From the NCBI GenBank assembly GCA_045611965.1, contig JAZKYE010000068.1, positions 10,064-74,063 on the forward strand: 64,000 bases of DNA, in the 5' to 3' direction. Positions 47,845 through 58,197 of this stretch are shown here, piece after piece (the first letter of the stretch is position 1; every line of letters begins with the position of its first letter). The notes under the pieces were generated by a model. That model was not told the DNA's origin. It ran no database searches and was given only the letters and a program-made list of their open reading frames with translations. The translations under genes and the position numbers were made by a program. The DNA is from Eubacteriales bacterium (GTDB taxonomy: Bacteria; Bacillota; Clostridia; Oscillospirales; CAG-272).

Positions 47845-48376
47845 TTTCCTTTGCTATTTTTGCATATTCAGAAATTCTTGATGCTACGGCATCGTTTATT
47901 TCAAGAAGATAAAGGTTCTTTTCATACCTTGTGGCGGTATGCACGGCAAACACCTCGTCAGGCTTCATTGAGGGGCAGAAATTATATCTGCGCGCCGTCT
48001 TGTCAGACGCACCTGGCGAGGGGGCCACCCGCTCAACGAGAGTTATATCGGCAAGGCGTATCATAGCGAGGGTAGTCATATTCTTGCCGACGGTCTTGGT
48101 GACGAGAAGTAAATTCTCACCCTGATTTGTGGTCATCACCGCATAGGCGTACTGTGCCGAAAGGTATCTTGTGAAAACGTAGATTACGTAAACGAGAGCG
48201 GCTACTGCAAATAAGCTTATCACGCCCTTATACTTCGGTGAGATTACCGAGGCTATCACGAGAAGTGCCGCAACTATCAGCGCACCGAAGAGCACCACAC
48301 GCGCCTGCTGCGTCTTAGTTTTCGGGCGGTAGGTGAAGTCGAGTATCTCGGCTGTGCTTTCCTGATTATTCTGCAT
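47828..48376 (-). CDS. Hypothetical membrane protein
   Basis: Two N-terminal TM helices; start MQNNQE with GAGGGG RBS. Confidence 0.7.
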   Translation of the reverse strand: MQNNQESTAEILDFTYRPKTKTQQARVVLFGALIVAALLVIASVISPKYKGVISLFAVAALVYVIYVFTRYLSAQYAYAVMTTNQGENLLLVTKTVGKNMTTLAMIRLADITLVERVAPSPGASDKTARRYNFCPSMKPDEVFAVHTATRYEKNLYLLEINDAVASRISEYAKIAKENEPDE

Positions 48377-49070
48377 CGGGACTCTCCCCTCTCGAGAGCA
48401 CGTATTCCTCAAAGACAGAATAGTCCTCGTTATTCTCATAAATCGGCACCATAAACACCTTATCGGTAGTAGCGCCCTTGGCAACTATTTCAAGGCGTAT
48501 CCATTCGGGATATACACCGTCAGCATCGGGCGTTACGTCGACACCGTCAAAGACGAGCCTTGCGTATCTGTACATAACCTGTTTTTCAAACGCGCCGACC
48601 TCGCAGGCGGTATATACCCTGCCGTAGTTATCGTAAAGGCGGTATTCAAAGGCGTTAGCATCGTCGGGCGCGATAGACTCAACACCAGACTGCTCGGCAA
48701 TACGCTCAAGTGACGCGGTGTTATATCTTACGCTTATCTGTATCTGGTCTACGCCCTCTATCACGACGAGGTAATCGCAGAAGAAGTTTCCGAGGTCCTC
48801 GTCATCGTAGGGAAAGCGAAGCGATTGAGTTTTAGCCCCGATTTCTCCCCCCGTGCTCTCGTAATAGGCGGTGAGGGTGTCGTTGAAGTAAAGCTCTCTT
48901 GCCCCCTCGGGGTATCTGTTGAAAAGCACCATACGAAAGGCAAGAATTCCCACGACCGATATACACACGAGGGCAACAATCGCCTTCAGAATGATAATGA
49001 CGGGGTTTCTGCTTTTTCCCGGTGCTTCGTCTATTTCATTATAGTCGCCGTAGCGCTCGTAATCACTCAT
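48366..49070 (-). CDS. Hypothetical membrane-anchored extracellular protein
   Basis: AAGGGAG RBS; one N-terminal TM helix. Confidence 0.75.
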   Translation of the reverse strand: MSDYERYGDYNEIDEAPGKSRNPVIIILKAIVALVCISVVGILAFRMVLFNRYPEGARELYFNDTLTAYYESTGGEIGAKTQSLRFPYDDEDLGNFFCDYLVVIEGVDQIQISVRYNTASLERIAEQSGVESIAPDDANAFEYRLYDNYGRVYTACEVGAFEKQVMYRYARLVFDGVDVTPDADGVYPEWIRLEIVAKGATTDKVFMVPIYENNEDYSVFEEYVLSRGESPDAE

Positions 49071-49295
49071 AAAAAATCTCCCTTAAAATCCGCACGCAAG
49101 CGCGTGCTTACCCTTCAATTATACACCCGCGGGAACGGTTTGTCAACAAGGCGGCAAGGCAAATAACCGCCCGTCTGCTCTGCCGTATCGCAATTGACTA
49201 AATTAAGCCTGCCAATTTTGAGCAAATTGCGAATATATTTTTAAATATTTTTTTGTTATACTTTTATTTAGAATAAAAGTTTTGAGGTGATATTT

Positions 49296-49549
49296 ATGAA
49301 CACGTCAATTCATCACTCACGCAAGATGAGAGGGCTTTGCATATTTATCTGCGTAGCACTCGCGCTTTTGCTGATAATTCCTCTAATTACACTTCCCTCT
49401 CGCGCGCTCACAGCGACAGCATCGACTGGCGAGGCAAAGAAAAATCACCTGCACCGATAGGTCTTATAATCGGTATCGTTGCAGGTGCCGTAGTCTTTAT
49501 CGGCGGCGCAGTTGCGACACTTATCATAATAAAGAAAAAGCACGGTTAA
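49296..49549 (+). pseudogene. Deletion remnant of a surface protein gene
   Basis: GAGGTG RBS and signal peptide (..LPSRA) in one frame, TM + KKK anchor in another frame. Confidence 0.55.
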
Positions 49550-49671
49550 TCACAGGACATAGCACATAAGCCAAGGCCTGCTACGGCAGGCTTTGGCTAA
49601 ATATCAAAAAAATAAGGGGCTATCTCAAATGCAGTTGCATCGGGATAGCCCTTTGTGCTTTTAAAATTATT

Positions 49672-50044
49672 GACTGAATCTATAAGCCGGGTTCTGTGCG
49701 CCTTGCGGCGCGGCAATCATCTATCTTCACGGGGCGTTACCGCCCGCGTTCAAGCCTTTCGGCTCTGCCACCACAAGCAAATCAGGCGGAGCGCCTGCCC
49801 CGAGGGGTGCTTTAAGGTGTTGCTCCGAATAGAGTTTACAGCAAATCTGCGTTACCGCAGAAGTGGGTGAGCTCTTACCTCGCCTTTCCATCCTTACCAC
49901 GCAAAAGCGTGGCGGTATATTTCTGTTGCCCTTTTCCGAGGGTCGCCCCTGGCGGACGTTATCCGTTATTCTGCTCCGAGGAGCCCGGACTTTCCTCACG
50001 GTAAAACCTTTCGGCATGTTACCGCGCGATTGCCCGATTCAGTC
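49672..50044 (-). ncRNA. rnpB: RNase P RNA, class A
   Basis: GAGGAAAGTCCGGGC and ACAGAACCCGGCTTA P4 motifs, GGTAAGAG loop, complementary ends; TTGACA-17-TATAAT promoter. Confidence 0.97.
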
Positions 50045-50140
50045 ATTTGTATTATACAGCCATATTTTTTGTTTGTCAAGAATATTTTTTGCCACATCTC
50101 TTCATTATAATAGTAAATTCTATATAGGGAAGGTCAAACA

Positions 50141-50905
50141 ATGAGGACGGATGAAATATCACGCATAACAAGACTGCTATACAAAACCAAGTCGGGCGAG
50201 CGCGAAGAGCTTATCGGTATGGCGCGCTCGATGCTCGGCACGGGTGGGGCTATCTATACCGTAAACCCGATGATAATGACGGGTGCGCTTGATGACGGGG
50301 CGCTCTACTCTGCCCTGCTTCGCGGGGTGCTGATACCCGACGGTGTCGGTGTACGCATCGCCCTCTCGCGCCTCGGCATAAAAAGCGATACCGTCGCAGG
50401 CGTAGAGCTTGGCGAGGCACTGCTTGACGGCGGCGTGCGCTTTGCCATCATAGGCGGAAGGGCGGGGCGCGCAGAGCTTGGCGCAAAAAATCTTGAAGCA
50501 AGACACGCGCCGTCAAAATGCGTGCTGTCGTGTGACGGCTATTTTACCGATGACGATGCGGTTATAGCTCAGGTGCTGTCCTGTGGGGCGCAGGTAGTTT
50601 TCGTCTGCCTTGGCTCACCGAAGCAAGAGATATTTATAGACAAGCTTATTCGTGCCGGGGGCGATGCGCTTTATATAGGGCTTGGCGGCTCGGTAGATAT
50701 TTATTCGGGCAAAATCAGGCGCGCGCCTGCGTGGGTGCGCTCGCGCGGTATCGAATGGGCATACCGTATGCTGCGCCAGCCAAAAAGACTTTCAGGCATC
50801 CCGAGACTCATCAAATTTATGAAAATAAGCGCGACGAGTCGCAAAATTCTTATGAAATCCGAGAAAAAACTATCGAAAATAGCAAAGTCCTATGCAAATA
50901 TTTAA
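50141..50905 (+). CDS. tagA: WecB/TagA/CpsF glycosyltransferase
   Basis: TVNP, PDGVG, DGYF, LGSPKQE, GLGGS.D, EWAYR...PKR. Confidence 0.88.
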   Translation: MRTDEISRITRLLYKTKSGEREELIGMARSMLGTGGAIYTVNPMIMTGALDDGALYSALLRGVLIPDGVGVRIALSRLGIKSDTVAGVELGEALLDGGVRFAIIGGRAGRAELGAKNLEARHAPSKCVLSCDGYFTDDDAVIAQVLSCGAQVVFVCLGSPKQEIFIDKLIRAGGDALYIGLGGSVDIYSGKIRRAPAWVRSRGIEWAYRMLRQPKRLSGIPRLIKFMKISATSRKILMKSEKKLSKIAKSYANI

Positions 50906-51014
50906 TTTTTTCCTATAAAATTTGATAAAAATTAAACAAAGGTATTGTATAATGAATTTTATTATGATATAATACATTCGGAAAAAATAAAATAATTTTT
51001 GGAGGATTTCAAAA

Positions 51015-52073
51015 ATGGCAAACGTAAAGGTTGCAATTAACGGCTTTGGCCGTATCGGACGTCTCGCATTCAGACAGATGTTTGGAGCAAAGGGTTATCA
51101 GATCGTAGCTATCAACGACCTCACCAGCCCCAAGATGCTCGCTCATCTTCTTAAGTACGACACTGCACAGGGTAGCTACCTTGCACAGGGTCACACCGTA
51201 GATTACAGAGATGCTGTTGTTAACGAGAATGGCAAGGTTGTTACCCCCGGCGCTATCATCGTTGACGGCAAGGAAATCAAGATCTACGCAGAGAAGGATG
51301 CTGTAAAGTGCCCTTGGAAGAAGAACAGAGTTGACGTTGTTCTTGAGTGCACCGGCTTCTACTGCTCTAAGGAAAAGTCCATGGCTCACATCAAGGCAGG
51401 CGCTAAGAAGGTTGTTATCTCTGCTCCCGCAGGCAACGATCTCAAGACCGTTGTATTCGGCGTAAACGAGAACACCCTCACCGCTGACGATCAGATCATT
51501 TCCGCAGCTTCCTGCACCACCAACTGCCTTGCACCTATGGCAAAGGCTCTTAACGATGCGTTCCCCGTTGTTTCTGGTATCATGACCACCGTTCACGCAT
51601 ACACCGGCGACCAGATGATCCTTGACGGTCCTCACAGAAAGGGTGACCTTCGCCGTGCAAGAGCAGGTGCTCAGAACATCGTTCCCAACTCTACCGGCGC
51701 TGCAAAGGCTATCGGCCTTGTTATCCCCGAGCTCAACGGCAAGCTTATCGGCTCTGCTCAGAGAGTTCCCACCTGCACCGGTTCTACCACTATCCTCGTT
51801 GCAGTTGTTAAGGGCAAGGACGTTACCAAGGACGCTATCAACGCTGCTATGAAGGCTCAGGCTTCTGCTTCCTTCGGCTACAACACCGACGAGATCGTTT
51901 CCTCTGACGTTATCGGTATGAGATACGGTTCTCTCTTCGATGCTACCCAGACCATGGTTACCAAGGTTGACGATGATACCTATCAGGTACAGGTTGTTTC
52001 GTGGTACGACAACGAGAACTCTTACACCAGCCAGATGGTAAGAACCATCAAGTACTTCGCAGAGCTTGCATAA
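51015..52073 (+). CDS. gap: Glyceraldehyde-3-phosphate dehydrogenase
   Basis: [24 protein letters not shown]. Confidence 0.99.
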   Translation: MANVKVAINGFGRIGRLAFRQMFGAKGYQIVAINDLTSPKMLAHLLKYDTAQGSYLAQGHTVDYRDAVVNENGKVVTPGAIIVDGKEIKIYAEKDAVKCPWKKNRVDVVLECTGFYCSKEKSMAHIKAGAKKVVISAPAGNDLKTVVFGVNENTLTADDQIISAASCTTNCLAPMAKALNDAFPVVSGIMTTVHAYTGDQMILDGPHRKGDLRRARAGAQNIVPNSTGAAKAIGLVIPELNGKLIGSAQRVPTCTGSTTILVAVVKGKDVTKDAINAAMKAQASASFGYNTDEIVSSDVIGMRYGSLFDATQTMVTKVDDDTYQVQVVSWYDNENSYTSQMVRTIKYFAELA

Positions 52074-52640
52074 TCTCTGACTTAAGTATTTTGGTATAAC
52101 CGAAAAAGAGCGAGGTTTCCCAAAAACAATTGGGTGCCTCGTTCTTTATTTTGCTATTATAATTCTAACAAGGTTGCAACACTGCCAAGCGTTGCAACCT
52201 TGTGTGCTCTTTTTCTATTTCCGTTCTCTTCCTCTCGCCGTACACTCGTACGGCTTCGGGGCGTGAACGAATATTTCTCCTCAAAATCCTGTCGTCAGTC
52301 CCCCACTCTTTTCTTTTAATCTCTGACTTAGAACTTTTGGTAAAATCGTAAATGAAAAAGGATGAGGTGCTACGTGTTAGTGCTTCATCCTTTCTTTGTT
52401 CTTCATATTTTTTTATTAAGGTTGAAAACCTGCGGTTTTCTCTTTTCTTTTTGTTTTTCATTTACTATCCTCGTTTCCTCGCTCAGCGTACTATTGTACG
52501 CTTCTCGCTCGTCAGCCAAGGATTTTTCCTCAAAATTTCGTCGTCAGTCCCCCACTCTTGCCTTTTAATCTCTGACTTAGAACTTTTGGTAAAATCGTAA
52601 ATGAAAAAGGGGTATTGTGTTTTTTGCACAGTACCTCTTT
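52071..52640. repeat. Three tandem units of about 247 bp, each starting with the gap stop/3'-UTR motif and followed by a hairpin
   Basis: TAATCTCTGACTTA....TTTTGGTA at 52071, 52317, 52566; 49-bp identity between 52313-52361 and 52562-52610. Confidence 0.8.
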
Positions 52641-52659
52641 TGTTCTTATTACGTTTTGA

Positions 52660-52992
52660 TTAACGGCTTCGCAAAATGTTCTTTGTTGTTTTTATTATTT
52701 CGGCAAGGGCGCGAATTTCACCGTCATCACAATCGGAAATCAAGGAATTTATTTCATTTACGGATATATGCGCACACCTATTAAGGTTATCGTATACTAT
52801 TTCGTCAAGCGTTGCACCGAGTGCGTTTGCAATACTAACGAGAGTCGGCAGACTCAACTTGGTTGCGGCTCTTTCAATATGAGATATATTCGAGGGCTCA
52901 ATACCCGATAACTCTGCAAGATATGCCTGCGTATATCCCCTTTTTGTTCGCAAGACCCTTATTCTTTCGCCAATTATTTTATAGTCTATCAT
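52660..52992 (-). CDS. XRE-family HTH regulator
   Basis: IGERIR..R...GYTQ..LAE.......ISHIER. Confidence 0.92.
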   Translation of the reverse strand: MIDYKIIGERIRVLRTKRGYTQAYLAELSGIEPSNISHIERAATKLSLPTLVSIANALGATLDEIVYDNLNRCAHISVNEINSLISDCDDGEIRALAEIIKTTKNILRSR

Positions 52993-53027
52993 TTTTTCAC
53001 CTCAATTTTTTGTAATATTATTGTATA

Positions 53028-53074
53028 TCCTATTCGGATATGATAAAATAATGCGTGTGTCCTATTCGGATATG
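53028..53074. promoter_or_regulatory. 15-bp direct repeat, putative XRE operators
   Basis: TCCTATTCGGATATG at 53028 and 53060 between divergent genes. Confidence 0.6.
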
Positions 53075-53109
53075 CAATAATATTTTTATTAAAAAAAGAG
53101 AGAAATATT

Positions 53110-53526
53110 ATGACTGTAACATTTTTTGGTCACAAGGATGCGCCACATAATATCAAGGATAAGATAAAAAGCATACTAATAGAACTTATTGAAAAAGAAA
53201 ATGCCGATACTTTTTATATCGGCAATAACGGCAATTTTGATTATATGGCAAAGGACTGTCTAAAAGAAATAAAAAAAGACTTCCCCTACATAAAGTCCTT
53301 CACCGTGCTTGCATATATGCCTACTAATAGCCACGAAGAGAACACTATCTTCCCAGCAGAGTGTGGGGCTTCGCATCCAAAATTTGCAATCGCCAGAAGA
53401 AACGAATGGATGATAGCAAATTCAGATATTGCCCTGACGTATGTAAAACACAACTGGGGCGGCGCATGGCAATATAAAACGCGCGCGCTGTCAAAAGGTC
53501 TTACCGTAATTGAAATATCAAACTGA
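53110..53526 (+). CDS. SLOG-superfamily (DUF1273/YpsA-like) protein
   Basis: TFFGH, G..G.FD, AI.RRN.WMI..SD, GGA. Confidence 0.75.
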   Translation: MTVTFFGHKDAPHNIKDKIKSILIELIEKENADTFYIGNNGNFDYMAKDCLKEIKKDFPYIKSFTVLAYMPTNSHEENTIFPAECGASHPKFAIARRNEWMIANSDIALTYVKHNWGGAWQYKTRALSKGLTVIEISN

Positions 53527-53584
53527 AAAAGCACTGTGTTTTCGCACAGTGCTTTTATTGTATTTTTATTTAAATAATCCCTAA

Positions 53585-54418
53585 TCAACCCTTGCGTATT
53601 GAGTTTTTGTGCTTTTCGCGGTACTTCGTGGGGGTGAAGTTCATTGACTTGAAAAAGGCGCGGTGGAAGCTTCGCTCGCAGTTGAAGCCACTTTCGATGC
53701 TTATCGTAACAATGCTCATATTGGTTGTTAAAATCAATTTTTTCGCATATTCAATTCTGAACATATTAAGGCACTCTCTGAAGCTTGCCTCGAGGATTGA
53801 GGAAAAGCTGTGCGAAACGTGGCTTTCGCTATATCCGATAGCGGCGGCGGCGCTGGAAAGTGAAATATTTTCACGAAAATGCTCAGACATAAAATTAAGC
53901 GCTTTAAGAACCGCATCGGTGCCGGTGCCGCAGCTTTCCTTCACCACCTTGGCGCAGGAAAGGTATTCGTCGATTATGGGGTACAAAAACGCTCTGATTC
54001 TTCTCGCCTCGACCTCGTCGGGATAAACCAATTCCTCTTTGGTATCGAATATGCGGGATTCAAGAAGCCGCCTTACCTCTTCTGACGGTGTAAACACGGC
54101 GCGGTCATACTTTATTACCATTTCACCCTCGTGCATTATATTAGATAAAATCGAATAAGAGAACATAAAAAGCCAAAGGTCAACGGGATTGTCATCCTTC
54201 GAATAATATCTGTGAAAGGTATAGGGAGAAACGAACACTATATCCCCCTTTCTCGCGACCTCGACGTGTCCGTTTACGGTAACGGTAATTTCACCGTCAA
54301 GTATGTAGCCGATTTCAGCAAACTGATGGATATGAGAGGGTCTTCTGTATCTCTTTATGTAGTAGCGCGACACGACTGCATCATTGAGTGCAAAGCCTCG
54401 TTTTTGTATCTGTATCAT
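53585..54418 (-). CDS. AraC-family regulator (cupin + HTH)
   Basis: HIHQFAE cupin; ESGF...SF.RAF.K...TP..YR. Confidence 0.92.
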   Translation of the reverse strand: MIQIQKRGFALNDAVVSRYYIKRYRRPSHIHQFAEIGYILDGEITVTVNGHVEVARKGDIVFVSPYTFHRYYSKDDNPVDLWLFMFSYSILSNIMHEGEMVIKYDRAVFTPSEEVRRLLESRIFDTKEELVYPDEVEARRIRAFLYPIIDEYLSCAKVVKESCGTGTDAVLKALNFMSEHFRENISLSSAAAAIGYSESHVSHSFSSILEASFRECLNMFRIEYAKKLILTTNMSIVTISIESGFNCERSFHRAFFKSMNFTPTKYREKHKNSIRKG

Positions 54419-54537
54419 ACGTTTCTCCGTAAAACTGCATATTATGTCTATAATTATACTATTTTTGTCATCGCGTGTCAATGCTAAAATGGTAAAATTA
54501 TAGTTAGATAATAACAACAGAAACCAAAGAGGTAAAT

Positions 54538-57500
54538 ATGAAGAGTAATTATTTAAAGAAATCGTTTGTTCTCTTGATTATTGCACTTGCAATAACCCTT
54601 GTGCTTACCGTAACGGCGCTTGCTGCCGACGAGGTTGGCGCGACCGAGGGACTTACAAAAAGCGACGGCATGGATTTTCTTAACAATAACCGAGATCTGC
54701 ACGTATCAAAGGATATCGAAGAATTTCCCCGCACCTACGAGGCAGTGATTTATCTCCCCACGGACACAAGCGGCGAGGGTGCTATTTTTGGAAATTATCT
54801 CAACCTTCAGCTTTCGCATATCAATTTCTCGATAAATAGCGCGGGGCAGCCTAAAATTTACGTTCACGATACTAACGTAAAAAATGAAAGGCAGACCACA
54901 ATAAGCTTCAACAAGGACGTCAGAGGCGCCTGGGCGCACGTGGTAATCACTCATGAAACTGCTACGGACGGTGACGTATTTAAATGCTACGTAAACGGTG
55001 AGTACGTCGATGAGAAAACCTCAAGCGTTTCCTATTCCGATGTTGATATGAATAAGCTGCAGAGCGCAACGAGCTTTCATATAGGACGTGATTTCCGCCC
55101 CTCGGGCAAGGGTTATTTCTTCAAGGGCAGAATTAACGATTTTGCACTTTATAATAGAGCCCTCAGCGCAGAGGAAATTTTAGACAACTACAATTCGGGA
55201 ATTAAAAAAACCGAAGAAAGTCTTATTCTTTATTACGATTTCGAAACAACCGACGGAAAGAGCAACGTTTCGGATGCGTCGGGTAACGGTCATGATGCCA
55301 AGAGCGTTTTCTTTGAAAGAGAGAATGAACCAAGCGACTACGCGTATTCGTTTGCCATACTCGGTGATACGCAGTTTCTCGTTAACTACGATACTGTCAA
55401 TTCAACCTCGTACGCCAAGGATATTTTTGACTGGATCCTTGCAAATAAGGATAAGTATTCCATAAAGAGAGTGCTGGGTGTCGGAGATATTACCGAAACA
55501 CCCAAAATCGACACCAACGGTGACGGCGTTAAGGATACGATAGACGAGGCACAGGAGCTCAAAGAGTGGATATACGCCGAGAAGCTTTACGATATGCTTA
55601 CCGATGCCGGGCTTCCCTACTCTGTGACATGGGGTCTCGGTCACGATAGACCCGCGAAATTTGACGAGCACTTCATGGGCAAAAGCAACTTCACAAATTC
55701 CGAGATAGGCTATTATTCAGGCACGAGCCTGCGTAATTACTATCAGCGCTTCACAGTAGGACAAACGAATTATATGATAATGTCGCTTGAATTTACCCCC
55801 GATGCTCCCGTGCTTGAATGGGCAAACGGCATAATAAATGCAAATCCTTCCGACAAAGTTATAATTCTTACTCACTACTACCTTGAGATTGACGGCGCTC
55901 TATCCTCAGATACCCAGCCTATATTTAACACTCTTGTAGATAACAACCCCAACGTATTTATGACTCTTTCGGGTCACGTAAATTATCCCAGCAATATAGT
56001 ACGCAGAAGGACCGTATGCAACGCCGGGCACACCGTAACCGAGCTTCTTATCAACCCTCAGTATATGGACAAGGAATACGGATATAACAAAACGGGAATG
56101 GTTGCTATGCTATACTTTTCCGAGGACGGTGAAGACGTAAAGGTAGAATATATCTCCACGTCACAGACAAAAAATTCAACCACCGACGTTCTTTACGGCG
56201 GAACAAATCAGTTCTCGTTTAGCAGCATTGAGAGCACTAAGACGAATATTACCAAATACGGAACTATTCCGGGCGAGTATTCTAACGCAAGTAAATACCC
56301 ATTCGTAATTTTTGACAGCAACAAGAAATTCGTTGGCGCGTCGGGCTATCTTTACGAATCGACCTCATCAAAGACCGGCGCAATATACCTTGCAAAGGAA
56401 CATATTAAAACCAATTTCTTTAACGGTAAGAGCTACACAGGCGACGTTTTGTCGGTAGTTATTCTTATGCGCCGAGACGTCGAGATGTCAAGTGGCGAGT
56501 CATTTAATAACCTTTCCCAGATAAAGGGTACTCTTACACTTGACCTTGGCGGATATACCTTATCCGCGCAAAACGCCAATGATAAATATCTCTTTCCGTC
56601 CGAAATGAAGGCCTGGACGGGCTCCGGTGCCGGGGATGAGCCAATTTTCCCCACCGAAATTCAGGTGAACAACGGCAAAATAAACACTTACTACAAGCCT
56701 CTTATACAGTTTAAGCCAAATGCGAACGCCCCCGGGAAGGTATTCAATTACGTTTTCTCCGACGTAAAATTTTTCGTACGTGGAAGCACTACCGAGTTTG
56801 CCATCACTCACGCGTCAAAGGACACAGTAGCGCTTTATCCCTGCGTTACCTTCAACGACTGTGATATAGATATTACGGGTGCGACCGCTACGGACATAAC
56901 GTTATTCAATCTTGGAAACTCTAACACCAACGCAAGCGTTTATATGAACGGCGGTAGTATTATCGCAGGCAATAAGAGCTTCAGTATGACGAGCAAAGCA
57001 TCCGGCGACGGAAAGCTGACCTTTGGCAAAAGCGAGGGTGCTTACACGACGCTCAAAATTGATTCCACTGCAAATGCGCCTGAGGACGAATACGGTGAAC
57101 TCGTTTTCGTCAAGGCTTCTTTGGATTCAGAAAACGGCAATTACATACTTATGCCGAAGACGATAGCAGACTTCACCCCCAAGACGAGCATTACGCTTGA
57201 CGCGTCCCTGACACTCAACGTTTACGTGCCGAAGCTTGATAAGCTCACCTCGTTCACGCTTGATGGCAAGGAATACAACAACTTTACCACGCTCACCGTA
57301 AAGGACGGCGACTATATCGTATCCGTAGCACTCAACGCGTCGGAATCTGCACGCGATATAAGCTTTGTTGCAACCTTTGGTGACGAGGGAAGCAAGTCCT
57401 ATACCTTCTCTAGCCCTGAATATGCAGAGAAGCTTCTTGCGGATAACTCGGTAGGCGATACAGAAAAGGCGCTTGTTAAGGACGCCCTTGCATACATAAG

Positions 57501-57996
57501 AAGCGCGTATAACTACTTCGGCACAGCAGATGCAGATGCGCTTGCTAAAATCAATACGCTTCTCGCAGGCTACAACAACGAGTTCAGCGGTGTCAGTGGC
57601 ACTACCACAAGCTTTACTGTTCCTGATGGCGCAACTCTTGTGCTGAGATCAACGCCTGCTATCCGCTTCTACTTCACAAATGAAGCAGACCGCGACGCGT
57701 ACAGCTACAAGGTCGGTGGCTCACCGGTAACATTCACCAAGGGTAGCGAGGTTATCTCGGATAGTACCTTCTACTATGCAGACATATCCCTCTATGCTTA
57801 CCGTATGATAGATACAGTTGATGTCTATAACGGAAGCACCAAGGTCGGCTCGTTCAACGTGGGCGCATATTATGAATATGTAAGCGGTAATAGCTACACT
57901 GGCGCAGATAAGACCAAGCTTGTAGATCTTGTTGAGAAGTTCTACACCTACTGCAAGAGCGCTGATGAGTATCGCAACGAGGTCGTTGCAAAGTAA
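54538..57996 (+). CDS. Large secreted protein: LamG/ConA-like + metallophosphoesterase + unknown C-terminal domains
   Basis: Signal peptide (ALA-AD); WAHVVIT, FKGRINDFALYNRALS; GDTQ, GDITE, GHD, THYY, SGH. Confidence 0.8.
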   Translation: MKSNYLKKSFVLLIIALAITLVLTVTALAADEVGATEGLTKSDGMDFLNNNRDLHVSKDIEEFPRTYEAVIYLPTDTSGEGAIFGNYLNLQLSHINFSINSAGQPKIYVHDTNVKNERQTTISFNKDVRGAWAHVVITHETATDGDVFKCYVNGEYVDEKTSSVSYSDVDMNKLQSATSFHIGRDFRPSGKGYFFKGRINDFALYNRALSAEEILDNYNSGIKKTEESLILYYDFETTDGKSNVSDASGNGHDAKSVFFERENEPSDYAYSFAILGDTQFLVNYDTVNSTSYAKDIFDWILANKDKYSIKRVLGVGDITETPKIDTNGDGVKDTIDEAQELKEWIYAEKLYDMLTDAGLPYSVTWGLGHDRPAKFDEHFMGKSNFTNSEIGYYSGTSLRNYYQRFTVGQTNYMIMSLEFTPDAPVLEWANGIINANPSDKVIILTHYYLEIDGALSSDTQPIFNTLVDNNPNVFMTLSGHVNYPSNIVRRRTVCNAGHTVTELLINPQYMDKEYGYNKTGMVAMLYFSEDGEDVKVEYISTSQTKNSTTDVLYGGTNQFSFSSIESTKTNITKYGTIPGEYSNASKYPFVIFDSNKKFVGASGYLYESTSSKTGAIYLAKEHIKTNFFNGKSYTGDVLSVVILMRRDVEMSSGESFNNLSQIKGTLTLDLGGYTLSAQNANDKYLFPSEMKAWTGSGAGDEPIFPTEIQVNNGKINTYYKPLIQFKPNANAPGKVFNYVFSDVKFFVRGSTTEFAITHASKDTVALYPCVTFNDCDIDITGATATDITLFNLGNSNTNASVYMNGGSIIAGNKSFSMTSKASGDGKLTFGKSEGAYTTLKIDSTANAPEDEYGELVFVKASLDSENGNYILMPKTIADFTPKTSITLDASLTLNVYVPKLDKLTSFTLDGKEYNNFTTLTVKDGDYIVSVALNASESARDISFVATFGDEGSKSYTFSSPEYAEKLLADNSVGDTEKALVKDALAYIRSAYNYFGTADADALAKINTLLAGYNNEFSGVSGTTTSFTVPDGATLVLRSTPAIRFYFTNEADRDAYSYKVGGSPVTFTKGSEVISDSTFYYADISLYAYRMIDTVDVYNGSTKVGSFNVGAYYEYVSGNSYTGADKTKLVDLVEKFYTYCKSADEYRNEVVAK

Positions 57997-58056
57997 TAAC
58001 TCAAGCCACATAATAAGCCTTGCCCGACTGGGGCAAGGCTTATGAATGGATAAAAA

Positions 58057-58197
58057 ATGAAAAAGTATGAAAATCCACAGATTCTTATCGAAATGTTAAG
58101 AGCTGTTGACATTATCACCGCATCTGACCCAAGTGCAGGAACTGAAACGACACCCAAGGATGAGGGTGATGGTGACTTTAACCTTAACATAGGTTAA
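58057..58197 (+). CDS. 46-aa peptide with lasso-type leader motif (not in ORF track)
   Basis: MKKYENPQILIEMLRAVDIITASDPSAGTETTPKDEGDGDFNLNIG; hairpins on both sides (58013-58043, 58208-58242). Confidence 0.65.
   Translation: MKKYENPQILIEMLRAVDIITASDPSAGTETTPKDEGDGDFNLNIG

Noticed and set aside
52165-52600. Short ORFs in the gap downstream repeats
   Set aside because: Low-complexity translations spanning hairpins and repeats, with no supporting motif
52071-52640. Possible CRISPR array
   Set aside because: Only three units, about 200-bp intervening segments that are partly homologous to each other, and no cas genes
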